Assembly: GCA_001643675.2 (NCBI GenBank)
Contig: LSRY02000029.1
Coordinates: 744,001-808,000 of the forward strand
Direction: 5' to 3'
Source of the DNA: Monocercomonoides exilis PA203
Taxonomy: Eukaryota > Protista > Preaxostyla
Length of the DNA stretch: 64,000 bases
Part shown: positions 1-11,450 of the stretch, piece after piece
Layout of the letters: the number at the start of each line of letters is the position of its first letter
Position numbering within the stretch: position 1 is the first letter of the stretch
The notes under the pieces: generated by a model
What the model was told of the DNA's origin: nothing
The model's input: the letters and a program-made list of their open reading frames with translations, nothing else
Databases searched by the model: none
Position numbers and translations under genes: made by a program

Positions 1-2118
1 TGTGATCCTTCCGCCACAAGAAGCAACTCTGCAGAATCCATCTTATGTGCCTCGAAGACAAAGACAGAGAAAAAGCAATCAAAATTCAACACAAACCTTT
101 TTGACACATTCAATTGCTGGTGTTGGCACAGGAACAGGCACATCTCCTTCTTCATTGCCCAATGAATCTTTTCTTTCTCTTCCTCAATCATCTCCTTCAC
201 CCTCTCCTTCATCTTCCTCTTCCTCCTCTTCATCTTCATCTTCCTCATCTTCTCCAGCAGTAACTGACCTCTCTCTCCATCCAAAACCACCTCATCGTTC
301 TGAAATTGCTATGGCTCGCCGCATAAGAGCAATGCATCCTCTCCTCCGCCGACGCTATCTCAACCGCTGTGCACAAGTGGCTGCTGCTTCTGGCGCTTCA
401 CGTTCTTCTTCTTCCTCCTCTTCTTCCTCCTCTTCTTCTTCTTCCTCGTTGCTTCGCTCTTATAGAAACAGATTTCTGACAAGCGAAGAGCAGCAGATGA
501 GGAGGATGAGGCAGCAGTTCGGAAGAAGAAGGAAAAGACAATATTTTGTTCTGTCACCAGATGCGTTTGAGGCGCTGCCGTTGTTTGCAGAGTTTCGGAT
601 GGTGGAGCGGTATACGAAGAACCTTGAGAAAAGGAAGAAGTTGAAGGCAATACAGATGAAGGAAAAGACGAAAATCAAAAAGTAATTTTGGATGATTCAA
701 TGAACAACCGCAAAGAAGTTGCTTGAAAAGCAAAGACAATAAAAAAGAAGCAGAAAAGAATACAAACGCAAAAGAATCAATAAGAAACGGCAAAAAAGAC
801 GAAACGCATTCAGATGAGCCAAAACCAGAGCCTCTTTCATAACAATCCAAGCAAAAACAGAAGCAGCAGCAGTAACAGAACAACAACTCCATCTCCCCCA
901 CCTTCACCTTCTCCACAACCTAAACAAAACTCTTCAGAACGAGGCGCCTTTGGAACGATACACTTTACACGAGGGAAGCGAATGGACGGTTAATGAAGAG
1001 GAGTTGGAGGGAGAGCGTTGATTGTGTTCAGCCAAGAGATGGAGATGGGGAGAGGAGCTGTTGGTGCACCAATAAAGCTTCCATCAACAGTTGTTGTTGT
1101 TGGAGGAGGAGAAGTGGTGGCGTTGGGTGTTATGGGGATGAAGTATTTGAATAAAGAAGTGACAAAGGAGATGCCAGGTGAGTTTCAGAATGAGAAAGGG
1201 AAAGTGGACGATGAAGAGGCGAAGATCATGTTCAGATTATTGGAATCTGATGATCAGAGAGATAAACTGCTTCCGCTGATGATAAAGCAGGAGATACAAA
1301 AGAAGAAGAAGAAGAAAGAAGAGCGGGAGCGCAGGAAAATGGAGAAAGAAGAAAAAGACAAAAATCTGTAAAGCAAAATTAAAGGAATACTGCAACCTTA
1401 CATTGAGACAGGCACGCCAACCAACCAGAAAGAGAACAAAATGACAAGCGAGGCGCAGCAAGAGGCGAAAGAAAGTCAAACGCCAATTTTGACAAGAGAG
1501 CGGAAATTGGACTGCATGCTGAATGACCTCGCAAATTCTGACCTGGAAGATTTGAGCGATGAACTGGATGTGCCCTGCCGTTATGTTTGCATCAAAAGCG
1601 AGGAAAACGGGCAATTTGTATGGAAGATGCGGAAAGTGCCTGTGTATGCAGCAGTCGAACTGAGGAAATCGATGGCTCGGCTGGATCTGATGAGTGTGCT
1701 GAAGATCGTTCTATAGCAAAGCTGTGCCGACCTGCGAAGAGGAAGCAGAGGTGACACACAGAAAGGGAAGGAAAGGAGCAGGGAAAGGATCACCTCTGCT
1801 GTTTCAGAAGGAGAAAGGGACAAGAACATTCAGTCAGAGCAGCGTGCTTACAACGAGATGAGCCGTCGTTCTCAAAGTTGGCATCTTTCTTCACTTCGCA
1901 GAATTAAATGGCGATGGATCTGATGCAGAAATATTCTGATCTTAATTTGGTTGCGCCTTTTGATTCAACTGCAGAATTTGACGCAAATTCAAACATTGCT
2001 CTTCATCCTCTTTCTCACTGAACTTCATCACTTGTCAATTCTTCCTTGTTTATGAACATCCAACAGCAATCTTCTTTTTCTCTCAGAACATCTTTATCTC
2101 CTTCACTGCAGTCCCAAG

Positions 2119-4569
2119 GGCATAGGTCTAAATTGTACCAGTAGTGAATTTGACCTTTTTTTGTGAATTTTCGAAATATTATTGATTGTTATAATTAATA
2201 AACACTGTATTAGTAAAAAAATTTCAAAAATATTATATTGAAAAATGAAACAAAAATTGTAGATCAAACCCATAAAATTATTTGTGAAATTTTCATTTTT
2301 TCCTTTATGAACGCACTGTGACAATAAAATTGTTAATAACCTAATTTATATTCACACATATAAAATTTCTGCGTGTTTCATAAATTTATTTTCATCAACT
2401 TGCTTTTCATAAGTTATGATCATATTATGTTCGAAGAATGACGCATGCCTAATAATTATTTGTTTTTAACAGATAGCGAATCTCCGAGTTAAGAAAATCG
2501 TTTCATTTGATGTGAATAGGGTGGATCAAATACAACGGGAACAAATAATATTTACACTGATGGGATATCGAGTAGGGGGGCCATCTGCATGCACAGCCAG
2601 TCGTCGGCATCTGTGTCTATTTCGCATTGTGCATTCAATGGATGAATTGAATACAGCCGGGGAGGGGGAATAATGTGTTATAATATAAAATCCGTTAAGG
2701 TTGTGAACAACACCTTCGATTCATGCGTTGCACAAAATTATTTGGGAGGAGGGGCATTCGTTTATACGATTTCAACATGTGTTCGGATCAGCGGATGTGA
2801 ATTCCAGAATTGTCAGGCACACCACGATGGAGGAGGTCTTCATCTTAATAATTTTCAGGTATCAGAAACAAACTGTATTCCGACAGAAAATGGAGAAGGG
2901 GAGAGTGCGTGTGTGTTTGACTGCAGTTTCGCTTCATGCTCATTGACAAACAATGGAGGCGGAGGCATGTATTGTGTAAATATCCCTGCAACTCAGTTCA
3001 AAATGAGGAGCATTCAGTTTATTTCATGTTCTGCACGGCAAGAAGGCGGAGGATTTTGGCTTTATCCTGCTCAATCAAAAGAACCAAATGACACATTTTA
3101 TTGTTATTTTTTGTTCTTTCATGAATGCAACTGCTCATCCAATCCCCCTTATGGGCATGATATGATATATTACGATAATAACAATTAATATTTATCCCAA
3201 AATAATCCGTTCAAAGAATGCTACACAACAAACACAGATGACCAGAGAGTATGTTATGGATATAATTTATCGAATTCGGGGAGTTGGACATTTCAGCACA
3301 CAGAAAAGTGGGATTGGCTGAAGGACAAGACGATATATGTTTCTGTGAATGGGAATGATTCATATGAGCTGTGTGGGGCAAATACAACATTTCCTTGTCT
3401 GACAGTGAAGAAGGCATTCGAGATGTGCGAAATACAGATAAGCTTGGCAATCACGCTGATGGAAGGGGATCACACAAGCGAGGCAACAACTACTGAGATT
3501 GAGGAAAAGAAGGTTTTAGTCATTGGGAAAGGGAGGACGGAGAGTTCGATTGGAACAGAAGGTGTTTTTCCCTTTATTCAACAATTTTCCTCTTCTTCGT
3601 CTTCTTCGCTTTCTTCATCATACTCGTCAATTATTTTTAGGATTTTTGTTGTATGAGTTGTTGGAGTGCAAGCGAAGCTGAGATTGGAAATAAGCAGCAA
3701 TTTTTGGAGCAAAAGAGAAGCAATGTTGTTGATTGAATGATAGAAGATGGAGATGGGGCAGCGGGTGCGTTCACAGAAAGGAACAATATTTTGAAAAGCG
3801 AAAGATGAAGAGGTGTGTGAAGATTGTTAATTATGAAAAGATTCTTATTATTGCCACATTGCATTTTATTGTATTTTATTGTATTTTTCTTTTTAATTTG
3901 TTGAAGTTGTTTTGTTTTTGATATTTCAATAATATTCTTTTCATTTATTCTCTTCTATTTTTCTGTTGATACTAGAGTCTTTTCAGAAGTCTTTGATAGC
4001 AATGAATGCGAATGGAATATGGAAAGAAGGCAGAAGATGGAAATGGGAGAAAAAGAGATCATCAAAGAAATGGAGGAGGAAGAATGATTGAGTTGAAGGA
4101 TTCAACAAGCGAAATTTGAATTGGAACATCAATTTCGAAAGATAGAGAAATTGAATTTTTGTGGATATATTTTTCTGAATATAGAAAAAAACTTTATTAA
4201 AGCAATTGTGATATTTAGAATATTATTCAATGCATTCTTTTTAACATTTGCAATTTGTATTTATACAAAAATATTTCAATAATACTCTGATTTTTCTTTT
4301 ATTTATAGAGGTTGTAATGTTAATAAAACAACAAAACAATGTATACTGAAAATAAATAAAATATAGCACAAATACGTTCATAAAATAAAAAATGAAAATT
4401 TCACAAATAATTTTATGGGTTTGATCTACAATTTTTGTTTCATTTTTCAATATAATATTTTTGAAATTTTTTTACTAATACAGTGTTTATTAATTATAAC
4501 AATCAATAATATTTCGAAAATTCACAAAAAAAGGTCAAATTCACTACTGGTACAATTTAGACCTATGCC
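2119..4569. mobile_element. Non-autonomous long-TIR DNA element with captured gene fragments (Pack-MULE-like)
   Basis: 183-bp inverted repeats at 2119-2301 and 4387-4569 (GGCATAGGTCTAAATTG...CAATTTAGACCTATGCC). Flanked by the 8-bp direct repeat GTCCCAAG at 2111-2118 and 4570-4577. No transposase inside. Confidence 0.9.
2473..3656 (+). pseudogene. Captured fragment of a Cys-rich GGG/GGA-repeat (right-handed beta-helix-like) surface-protein gene
   Basis: Repeated F..C....GGG motifs (CEFQNCQAHHDGGGL, CSFASCSLTNNGGGGM) and IYVSVNGNDSYELCGANTTFPCLTVKKA. In-frame stops at about 2643 (TGA) and 3186 (TAA). Begins after an acceptor-like ttttaacag. Confidence 0.7.
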
Positions 4570-5177
4570 GTCCCAAGCTAAACTTCTATCTTCTGCTAGT
4601 CTTGCTGATCCTGGTTCTCTTTCTCCGCTATCCCTGCCTTCCGTAACTTCTTCGTCTTCTCTTTCACCATCGTTATCTTCTGCTCCTTCTCTTTCATTCA
4701 GCTCCCGTCAAATTCATCATCAGGCCTCGTCTTTCATTCCTACTCAGAAAGACGAAAGAAATATTTATTCAGACATAGAATTTCAACCAACCTAACACAG
4801 CAACGGAAATGATTCTAAATCCTATCGAGAAAAGCTGATCATAAGGCATGCAATCTACAAGAAATTCTATTTTGGCCATTTCGTATTAAGATTGAAAGAA
4901 TTCACAGAAAACAGAAGGAGCAGGGCAAAAATGATATTTGGTATGAACGAGTTCCAAAAAATAACCTTCAATTGATTTCACAACATCAAAACCACGTGAA
5001 TTGCAGGAAATGAAAGGATGAGGGAAATTGATTCAGAGGAAAAGGCTTATTTAAAGAGAATTTGGAAAAGGCAGTTAAGTGAATCGGATACAAGCATGTT
5101 GAAATCGGAATGTTGAGGAAATAAATGTTTTTGAAGAAAATTACTAGATATGTATGAATATATTCTTTTTGAAGATA

Positions 5178-7182
5178 GGGTTATTATTTTATCTTGACCC
5201 TTTTTCTTTATTCTGACCCAAAAAAATGAAGTGAAAAAAATTCAAAAAACAACATAATTAAAAGAAAACAAAATCAGAATTAATTCTTCTGATAACTTTC
5301 CTTTTTCCTTCAGCTCGATTTAATGCATTATCTTTCTTTTCTTCATCAGAATCATCGTTTTTCACATGAAGAAATCTTCTTTTTATTTTTTTCTTTTCAT
5401 CCACAACCGTCTTCACTTCATCTTTCTCCTTTTCATCCATTTCATTTCTCCTTTCAATATTCATTTTCAAATGATTTTCCCATTTCTCTAAAAGATTTTC
5501 GTCGGTTATCACTTTTCCATAAAAGTTGAATCTATTTCTTCGGGATGGAAGAGGATAAATAGATGATTCGGGCAGTTTCAAAAGAACTGGCCCAGAAGTA
5601 TTGTGCAGAACACCGCTGCAGACAAAAGCTTTCTGAATTACAGAAGGTGATAATGCAGTGTGGATAGCTTGAGGCAGAACGTCGGAAATTGCAGCTCGTT
5701 TGGAGGAAGATGAAGAAGAAGAGGGAGCCTCAAATCTGTTTGTCAGTTCAGATTTAAACACAGCAAACACTCCTCTGTCCAGTGGTTGACAGAGGTGTGT
5801 GCTGTGTGGCACGAAGGTTAAAACATCGACTTGTTGTTTTTGGAATTCTCGCCAGATCGATGGATCTGCGCGAGATGCATGCGAGTCAAGAAGGAGAAGA
5901 ATGTGTTCGTTTTCAAGTGACATGCGCTTTCTTCTTTCGATGATGGAAGGCAGAAGAATGGTGAGAGCATACCTTTTAAAGCACTCATTATCCATCCAGC
6001 CGCTTCCATTTGCCCAAATTTCCAACGTTGGGGATAATAGGCATTTCAGCTCTTCTGGCAGCTTTGCACTTGGCCACAAAATGACTGAAGGAAAGGCATA
6101 TCCGTCAGCTGCAACAGCTGCTACGAATGTAGAATTGATCATCCTCGGTGGTTCTTTCGTAAAACCTGCTTTTGTATCTGCTGTATGCACTACAAGCTGT
6201 TTGGAGTCTGTGGGAACGCGCGTTGAAGATTCGTCAATGTTTATAATTAAAGCTGGATTGTAATTGTATTTTTCGTGCAGCTCGTCGAGTGTTTTATACC
6301 AGGGTTTTAAAACACTTCTGCACGAAACAGCCAGTCTGTTGATGTCCAGATTCTTCGGCGTTCCAGTTTTCAGCTCCGGATGACGCTTGACAAAGCCGTA
6401 AGTTGCAGACATTGAAACTTCAGTAAATGGTGCGTCTTCGTCATCGTTGTCGTTTATAACATTTTCTATCTGAAAAACAAATGATAAAAACATATAAATA
6501 AAAATTAAACAAACCAATTCTCTTGTTTTTTTCAAAGTTAAACATGTTCCAGACTTTGCTTCAATGTGAATAATATCCAAAACTCTTTGTTCCTTTTCTC
6601 CAACAACTGCTGCAGGTCTGCCAATTTTTCCAACCAGCCTTCCTTTTCTCAGCGCTCTAACTGCATTTTTTATTCCAGTGCGACTGAATTCCTTAGAATT
6701 GATAGCATCAGTTATACGAACAACTCCATCAACAACGATATGAGCCATTCGCTCCAGCCGACTGTGATACTTCCTGTACTTACGCGAAGACATTGCCCGC
6801 TGCAGTTTTTTCTTACCTTCTTTTAATTTTATTTCTGTTGATATTTTCATTTTTTTAATAATATTTTTAAGATCATAATAATTTTTTATTTTTTTAATTG
6901 AAATGAAATGAAAAAAAATCGAAAAATAACATTTTAAACAAACTAAAGGTTTCATGCCCCATGTAACCCTCCAATTCCACACAGAAGTTCAATGAAGGGG
7001 CTAAACCCCCCCATCTCCCCCCCATGCGAAATTGGGTTTGTTTCAAAATGTATTTATTTTTATCTATTGAATTCATATATATACTTAAAAATCTTAAAAA
7101 ATATGAAATTGTGGGAAAAGTTAATGATTAATTAAAAAAAAGGTCAAGATAAAAAAAAAAGGTCGAGATAAAATTATAACCC
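5178..7182 (-). mobile_element. pogo-like (Tc1/mariner/pogo group) DD35D DNA transposon, apparently intact
   Basis: 22-bp imperfect TIRs: GGGTTATTATTTTATCTTGACC (5178-5199) versus the reverse complement of 7161-7182, 2 mismatches, each with a subterminal repeat of the TGACC motif. TA on both sides (5176-77, 7183-84). Encodes a DDE transposase. Confidence 0.9.
5258..6850 (-). CDS. DDE_1/pogo-type transposase, about 515 aa, with one 45-nt intron (6470-6514)
   Basis: N-terminal GRP/HTH region. Catalytic motifs NIDES, LLLDSH and HLCQPLD, with 35 residues between the 2nd and 3rd Asp. GT...CAG intron in phase 0. Probable start MKISTE at 6850. Confidence 0.85.
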   Translation of the reverse strand: MKISTEIKLKEGKKKLQRAMSSRKYRKYHSRLERMAHIVVDGVVRITDAINSKEFSRTGIKNAVRALRKGRLVGKIGRPAAVVGEKEQRVLDIIHIEAKSGTCLTLKKTRELVCLIFIYMFLSFVFQIENVINDNDDEDAPFTEVSMSATYGFVKRHPELKTGTPKNLDINRLAVSCRSVLKPWYKTLDELHEKYNYNPALIINIDESSTRVPTDSKQLVVHTADTKAGFTKEPPRMINSTFVAAVAADGYAFPSVILWPSAKLPEELKCLLSPTLEIWANGSGWMDNECFKRYALTILLPSIIERRKRMSLENEHILLLLDSHASRADPSIWREFQKQQVDVLTFVPHSTHLCQPLDRGVFAVFKSELTNRFEAPSSSSSSSKRAAISDVLPQAIHTALSPSVIQKAFVCSGVLHNTSGPVLLKLPESSIYPLPSRRNRFNFYGKVITDENLLEKWENHLKMNIERRNEMDEKEKDEVKTVVDEKKKIKRRFLHVKNDDSDEEKKDNALNRAEGKRKVIRRINSDFVFF

Positions 7183-8826
7183 TACAACAACAATGAATCT
7201 TTTTTCATGAGCTTTGTTTTCATTTGATGAAAAGGAGAAAATAGAAGAAATGAAAAAGAAATGTTTATATATGAGATGATGTTAAGGATTTTGATAAAAA
7301 TTTGTAATGATATATTCATCAAATGAAAAGCTACGAAGGCTCAAGGAGTTTTATATGATATGGAAAATTTTCAAAATTTGAAAATGAAAGGAATAATAAA
7401 GAAATAAGAAAAATAATATCATTTCCAGTGATTTTTGTGTCAACAGCGCTGAAGGTGAGTGTTTGAAGAGAAACAAATGTTGAGGAAAGGAGGGTGAGGG
7501 AGGCGTCTTGGAGGAGGGAAATGAAGCCGTTGAGGGCATACTCGATGGTGGCACATGGGGTCTGTTGGGGTCTGCCACAGGCATCAGCATCAGTTCAGCT
7601 GTTAGAAACGATTTTGTTCTGGGCAATGAGGGGGATCCATCCATTGAACTCAGCTTTTCTAATTTTCCACGATTTCGTTTAACGTTTGATGAATCCGATG
7701 AATCGAATAAAAGGAATGGAGATTTGTTGGCTATACAAAGGTGAGGGGAAAAAAAAAAGAAAATTAACTATTTTTGATCAATAAAAATTAACAATTTTGT
7801 TTTCTTTTTTTCTTTAATATTCTTCTTTGTAAACTTTTTCTTTGCAATATTTTGTTTTGCCAATTATGAAATTTCTATTTTCCTTTTAAAGATTGATTTT
7901 TCAATTTTTTTATAAAACTAGATCAAAAAATTCTTTTTCACCAAAAACATTAAAAAGGTATGTTTTTTTGTTTTTATAAATAAAACAATTATATATTACA
8001 GAAATTGAAGTTAAATCCTTGCAAAAAATCATTTTTAACTTTATGATCAAGAAATACCACAATAGATTTTATTTCTTCGATTTTTGATCTTTTTTTATGA
8101 TATCAAAAAAAATCACCCATATTACAACAATATATTTGTTAGTTTAAAACTTTTGAAAAATCACAAATGTTCTTTTTATGGAATAAAATTTCTCGAGACT
8201 TGTGAAAATTTTTTGTTTCATGAATTCTGTTCCATTCTTCATTTCGTAATAGTTTTCACTTTTTTGATTTTCCTAAATTATTTTGTTTGAAAGTTCCACA
8301 CTATTTATGAGTTGATTGCAGAAAAAATTTTGAATTGTTCGTCGTTTTATTTTCAAACGCAAGAATTTTTACAAAAATTTTATATTTTGATCAATTTTCT
8401 GTCACCTCTCATGAAATATTTCAGTGATAAAAAAAAAATGTGGAAAATGATATGCTTTCATTTCAGTGTATTATTGTGAGAAGAAACCTAAGCAAGAACA
8501 AGAATAAAAAAATTATTTTTGTCAAAAGTATTTAATTAAAATAGTTTTCAAAAATAATAAAACTTGGGACAAGATTCTTCCATTTATGAAAAAAAAACAA
8601 CAATTTGTTTATAAACTCTCTCAAATTCCTGTTCATAATAAGTCTTTTATTCTAATTTCAAAAAAATGTTTCACAATTTTAAATAATGAGAGAAGCATTT
8701 GAAAGTGAAGAATGTAACAAAAATCAAAAAGAAAAAATTAACTTAACAAATTATCTAAAAAAAGTTTGAAAGAAACTATTCAAGTAAAATATATATTATG
8801 AAAAGAAATAAAAACGGTTTTCAATA

Positions 8827-10481
8827 GTCGGGGAGTTAACCCGCTCGGGGGAGTTAACCCGCTCAGATGATCAAAAGAAGTTAGAACATTTTTCTTTCCA
8901 CAGTTTTTATTTTTCTCTTCAAAAACAAACAAAAATCGTTGGCTGTAACATTACAGCAGAGTATTATTGGAAATAATTTAAAAAAGGATGAAAAATTATA
9001 AAAAGAGCATAAAAAATTGAAAAACTCAATTATATTCCAATATCGGACAAATCATCAGAACTGAGCCAAATTTTCCCAGATATTGCTCCTTCCGGTGCCC
9101 TGTTTGATGATGTGGCAATTTCTGCCCATTCTGGAGGCTTCTCTGGCAGTTGAGCAAGAACAGCATCTGGATTCAATGGATGAAGGCCTGTCACTCTCCA
9201 GCTGGCTTTTATTGTAGATGGAAATGAAGCCATTGCAATTGCTTCCTATAAAACGGAAATAAATTCTTTTCTTCTTTCACTCGCCGTGTTTGTTTTCCCA
9301 CATTCTGTTGACTTTTTGAAACATTTTTTCATGTTGGCAAAAATGTACTGATCGTTGGGTTGCAGCAAGTGAGAGGTGTGCGAGGGGAGTTGAATAAGAT
9401 CAATTAAATTATCTTTGCATAATTTAACGATCTCTGTAGAAAAATGCCCTGTTCCTCCATCCATTACCAAAGCCGCGTGATTATGTTGAAGTCCAATGGC
9501 AATTCGCTTTCTGTTTATGCTCGGAAGGATAGCTTTTTGAAATACGTCCAGAAAGCATGCAGTAGTCATATGTCCTGTTGAGCATGGTATGAACACTTCA
9601 TTTTCTGTTGTAGCTTCAATATACTCTTTTGGAATTGTTGAATATGGAATTAGAATTGGAGTTAAATATCTCACTCCATCAGCGCTTGTGAGAAAAACTA
9701 TGCACGTTGAATTTGGCAGCGAAGGCTCTGGAATGATTGGCTGAACTGAAGAAGAAGACGGAACCACAACATCTTCAGAAGATTTGGAAAAAACAGTTGA
9801 TGTTTCATCCAAATTGAACAGCAATTGTGGTACAATTTTCACATCAGCAAAGAACTTAGTGACCTTGTCAAAAAAGGGACCAATGGTTTGCTTGGAATTA
9901 TGTGCAGCACGGCCGATTGGTAACTTTGTTGCTTTTTTCAGAGCAAGTTTTGGATATCTTTCAATGAATCTCTTTGGCCAGTGTTTGTCTACAGATTTGA
10001 CTTCTTCTTCTTCAGTTCTTTTTTCTCTTCTAATTTCATTTGCCTACAAATTACAAAAAATTAAAAAAACAATAATTCGAATGCTCACAAACCATTTCCG
10101 CTATATCTCTCATTGAATGGAATATTCCTTTATCTGCATCGACTTCCAATCTGACAATTAACCTTTGTTCGTCTGTTTTCGAAAAAAGAAAAGGTCTCCC
10201 GGGTTTTCCAATAACGCGATTCTCCTTCTGAGCTTTTTCTGCTCTTTTTAGAGAATGTCTGGAAATAATATTTGCTTGTTCAATTTCCGCCTTTTTGAAT
10301 CCGCAAACAAGATGCAAGTGAAGACCTTTCTCGTGAGTAGTTTCCAGTAGCCTTGCTTCGCTGGATGCTGCAATTCTGTGGATCTCTAGCTCAATCTTTG
10401 ACATTTTTTTCCAAACAAAGAATGGGTTGATTTTTGATCATCTGAGCGGGTTAACTCCCCCGAGCGGGTTAACTCCCCGAC
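8827..10481 (-). mobile_element. Second pogo-like DD35D DNA transposon with perfect 50-bp TIRs
   Basis: TIRs at 8827-8876 and 10432-10481 are exact reverse complements, each with two tandem copies of GGGGAGTTAACCCGCTC. TA flanks at 8825-26 and 10482-83. Confidence 0.93.
9030..10404 (-). pseudogene. DDE_1/pogo transposase (about 441 codons, intron 10044-10092) with one in-frame TAG at 9246-9248
   Basis: Splicing joins MSKIELE...GKPGRP...DIAEM to ANEIRRE...NLDET...LVMDGG...HLLQPND (DD35D). The frame continues past the TAG as EAIAMASFPSTIKASWRVTGLHP to TAA at 9030. Confidence 0.85.
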
Positions 10482-10483
10482 TA

Positions 10484-11450
10484 GAACTTGATTGATTTGA
10501 CTGCGTCAAGTGGCATTAGATCGGTCAACATTCAATAAGATCGATCTAATGCCATTGAGACCCAGTCAAATTGGATGTGACTCAGTCACATCCGATGCTT
10601 TCAATTCTGGGTCTCCTGATCATTAATTGAACTATAAATGTTTCTAGTTAAAACTTTGTTATTTCTCTTTTAAAGCTGAATAAAATTCATTAATAATTGT
10701 TTTATTAATTATTTATTGATATTTTAAAAAAATTAAAAAAAAACAATAAAAAATTTGAGTTTAACCTTATTAATAAATTTGAAATTGTCAGAAAGTGATT
10801 GTCACTTTATATAAAAACTATTTATGTTATTATCGCGAACTAAAAATTATTCTTAACAAAAATATTTCGTTTTTTATGAATACTTTTCAAAAAGTTCGAA
10901 AAGAATGAAATAACAAAAGAACAATGCTTGCAATAGCTTTCTTTTTTTATTTGTTAATCAAATAATCAAAACAACATAAAACTATTCAGTTCAAAACATG
11001 ATGCACATTTAAAAAAACAAAATGTTAAAAATATTTTCATAAACAAAAAAAACTCAAATAAATCGTATGTGCAAACGTTTATCCAATAAAAAACAAAAAG
11101 ATTTTAATCTATTTCAATCAAAAAAGTTGATAACAAAGTTGGAATAACAAAAATGGAAAGTTATCAAAAACCTGAATCAAACTATTAAAACACCAAAAAA
11201 TGTGATAAACATTGAATAAACTCTAACCAAATAGTGACGTATCAAAAATTCACACAATAATAACAATAATAAGGACAAATACGAACAAAACAAAAAAATG
11301 TTTGATCACAATTTGTGATCATAAAAATAACAATTTCGCCCTTGGTGAGATTGAGAGAAATTCGATAAAAATTAGAAAAATTCAATAAACCATACAAAAA
11401 TCGATTTGACTGAGTCACATTTTCGTGACTCAGTCAAATCAATCAAGTTA
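10484..11450. mobile_element. MITE-like non-coding element with 24-bp TIRs and terminal hairpins
   Basis: AACTTGATTGATTTGACTGCGTCA (10485-10508) versus the reverse complement of 11426-11449, 1 mismatch. TA at 10482-83 and 11451-52. AT-rich interior with no listed ORF. Confidence 0.7.

Larger units (their letters stand above)
1..4795 (+). pseudogene. Decayed Ser/Lys-rich hypothetical gene with several in-frame stops, interrupted by the 2119-4569 element
   Basis: Coding-like reading continues across stops at 683-685, 1369-1371 and 1714-1716 (ORFs 1018-1371 and 1441-1716 share a frame). Removing the element plus one TSD copy joins ...SLSPSLQSQ to AKLLSSASLADPG... in frame, ending at TAA 4793-4795. 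The 5' end lies outside the window. Confidence 0.55.

Noticed and set aside
2103-4795. ORFs 2103-2324(-) and 4415-4795(+) sharing MGLIYNFCFIF...
   Set aside because: The shared peptide is a translation of the TIR, not a gene.
7446-7744. GC-richer coding-like patch bounded by cag and gtgag
   Set aside because: Possibly an orphan exon, but it has a stop in the upstream part, no recognisable homology and no partner exons.
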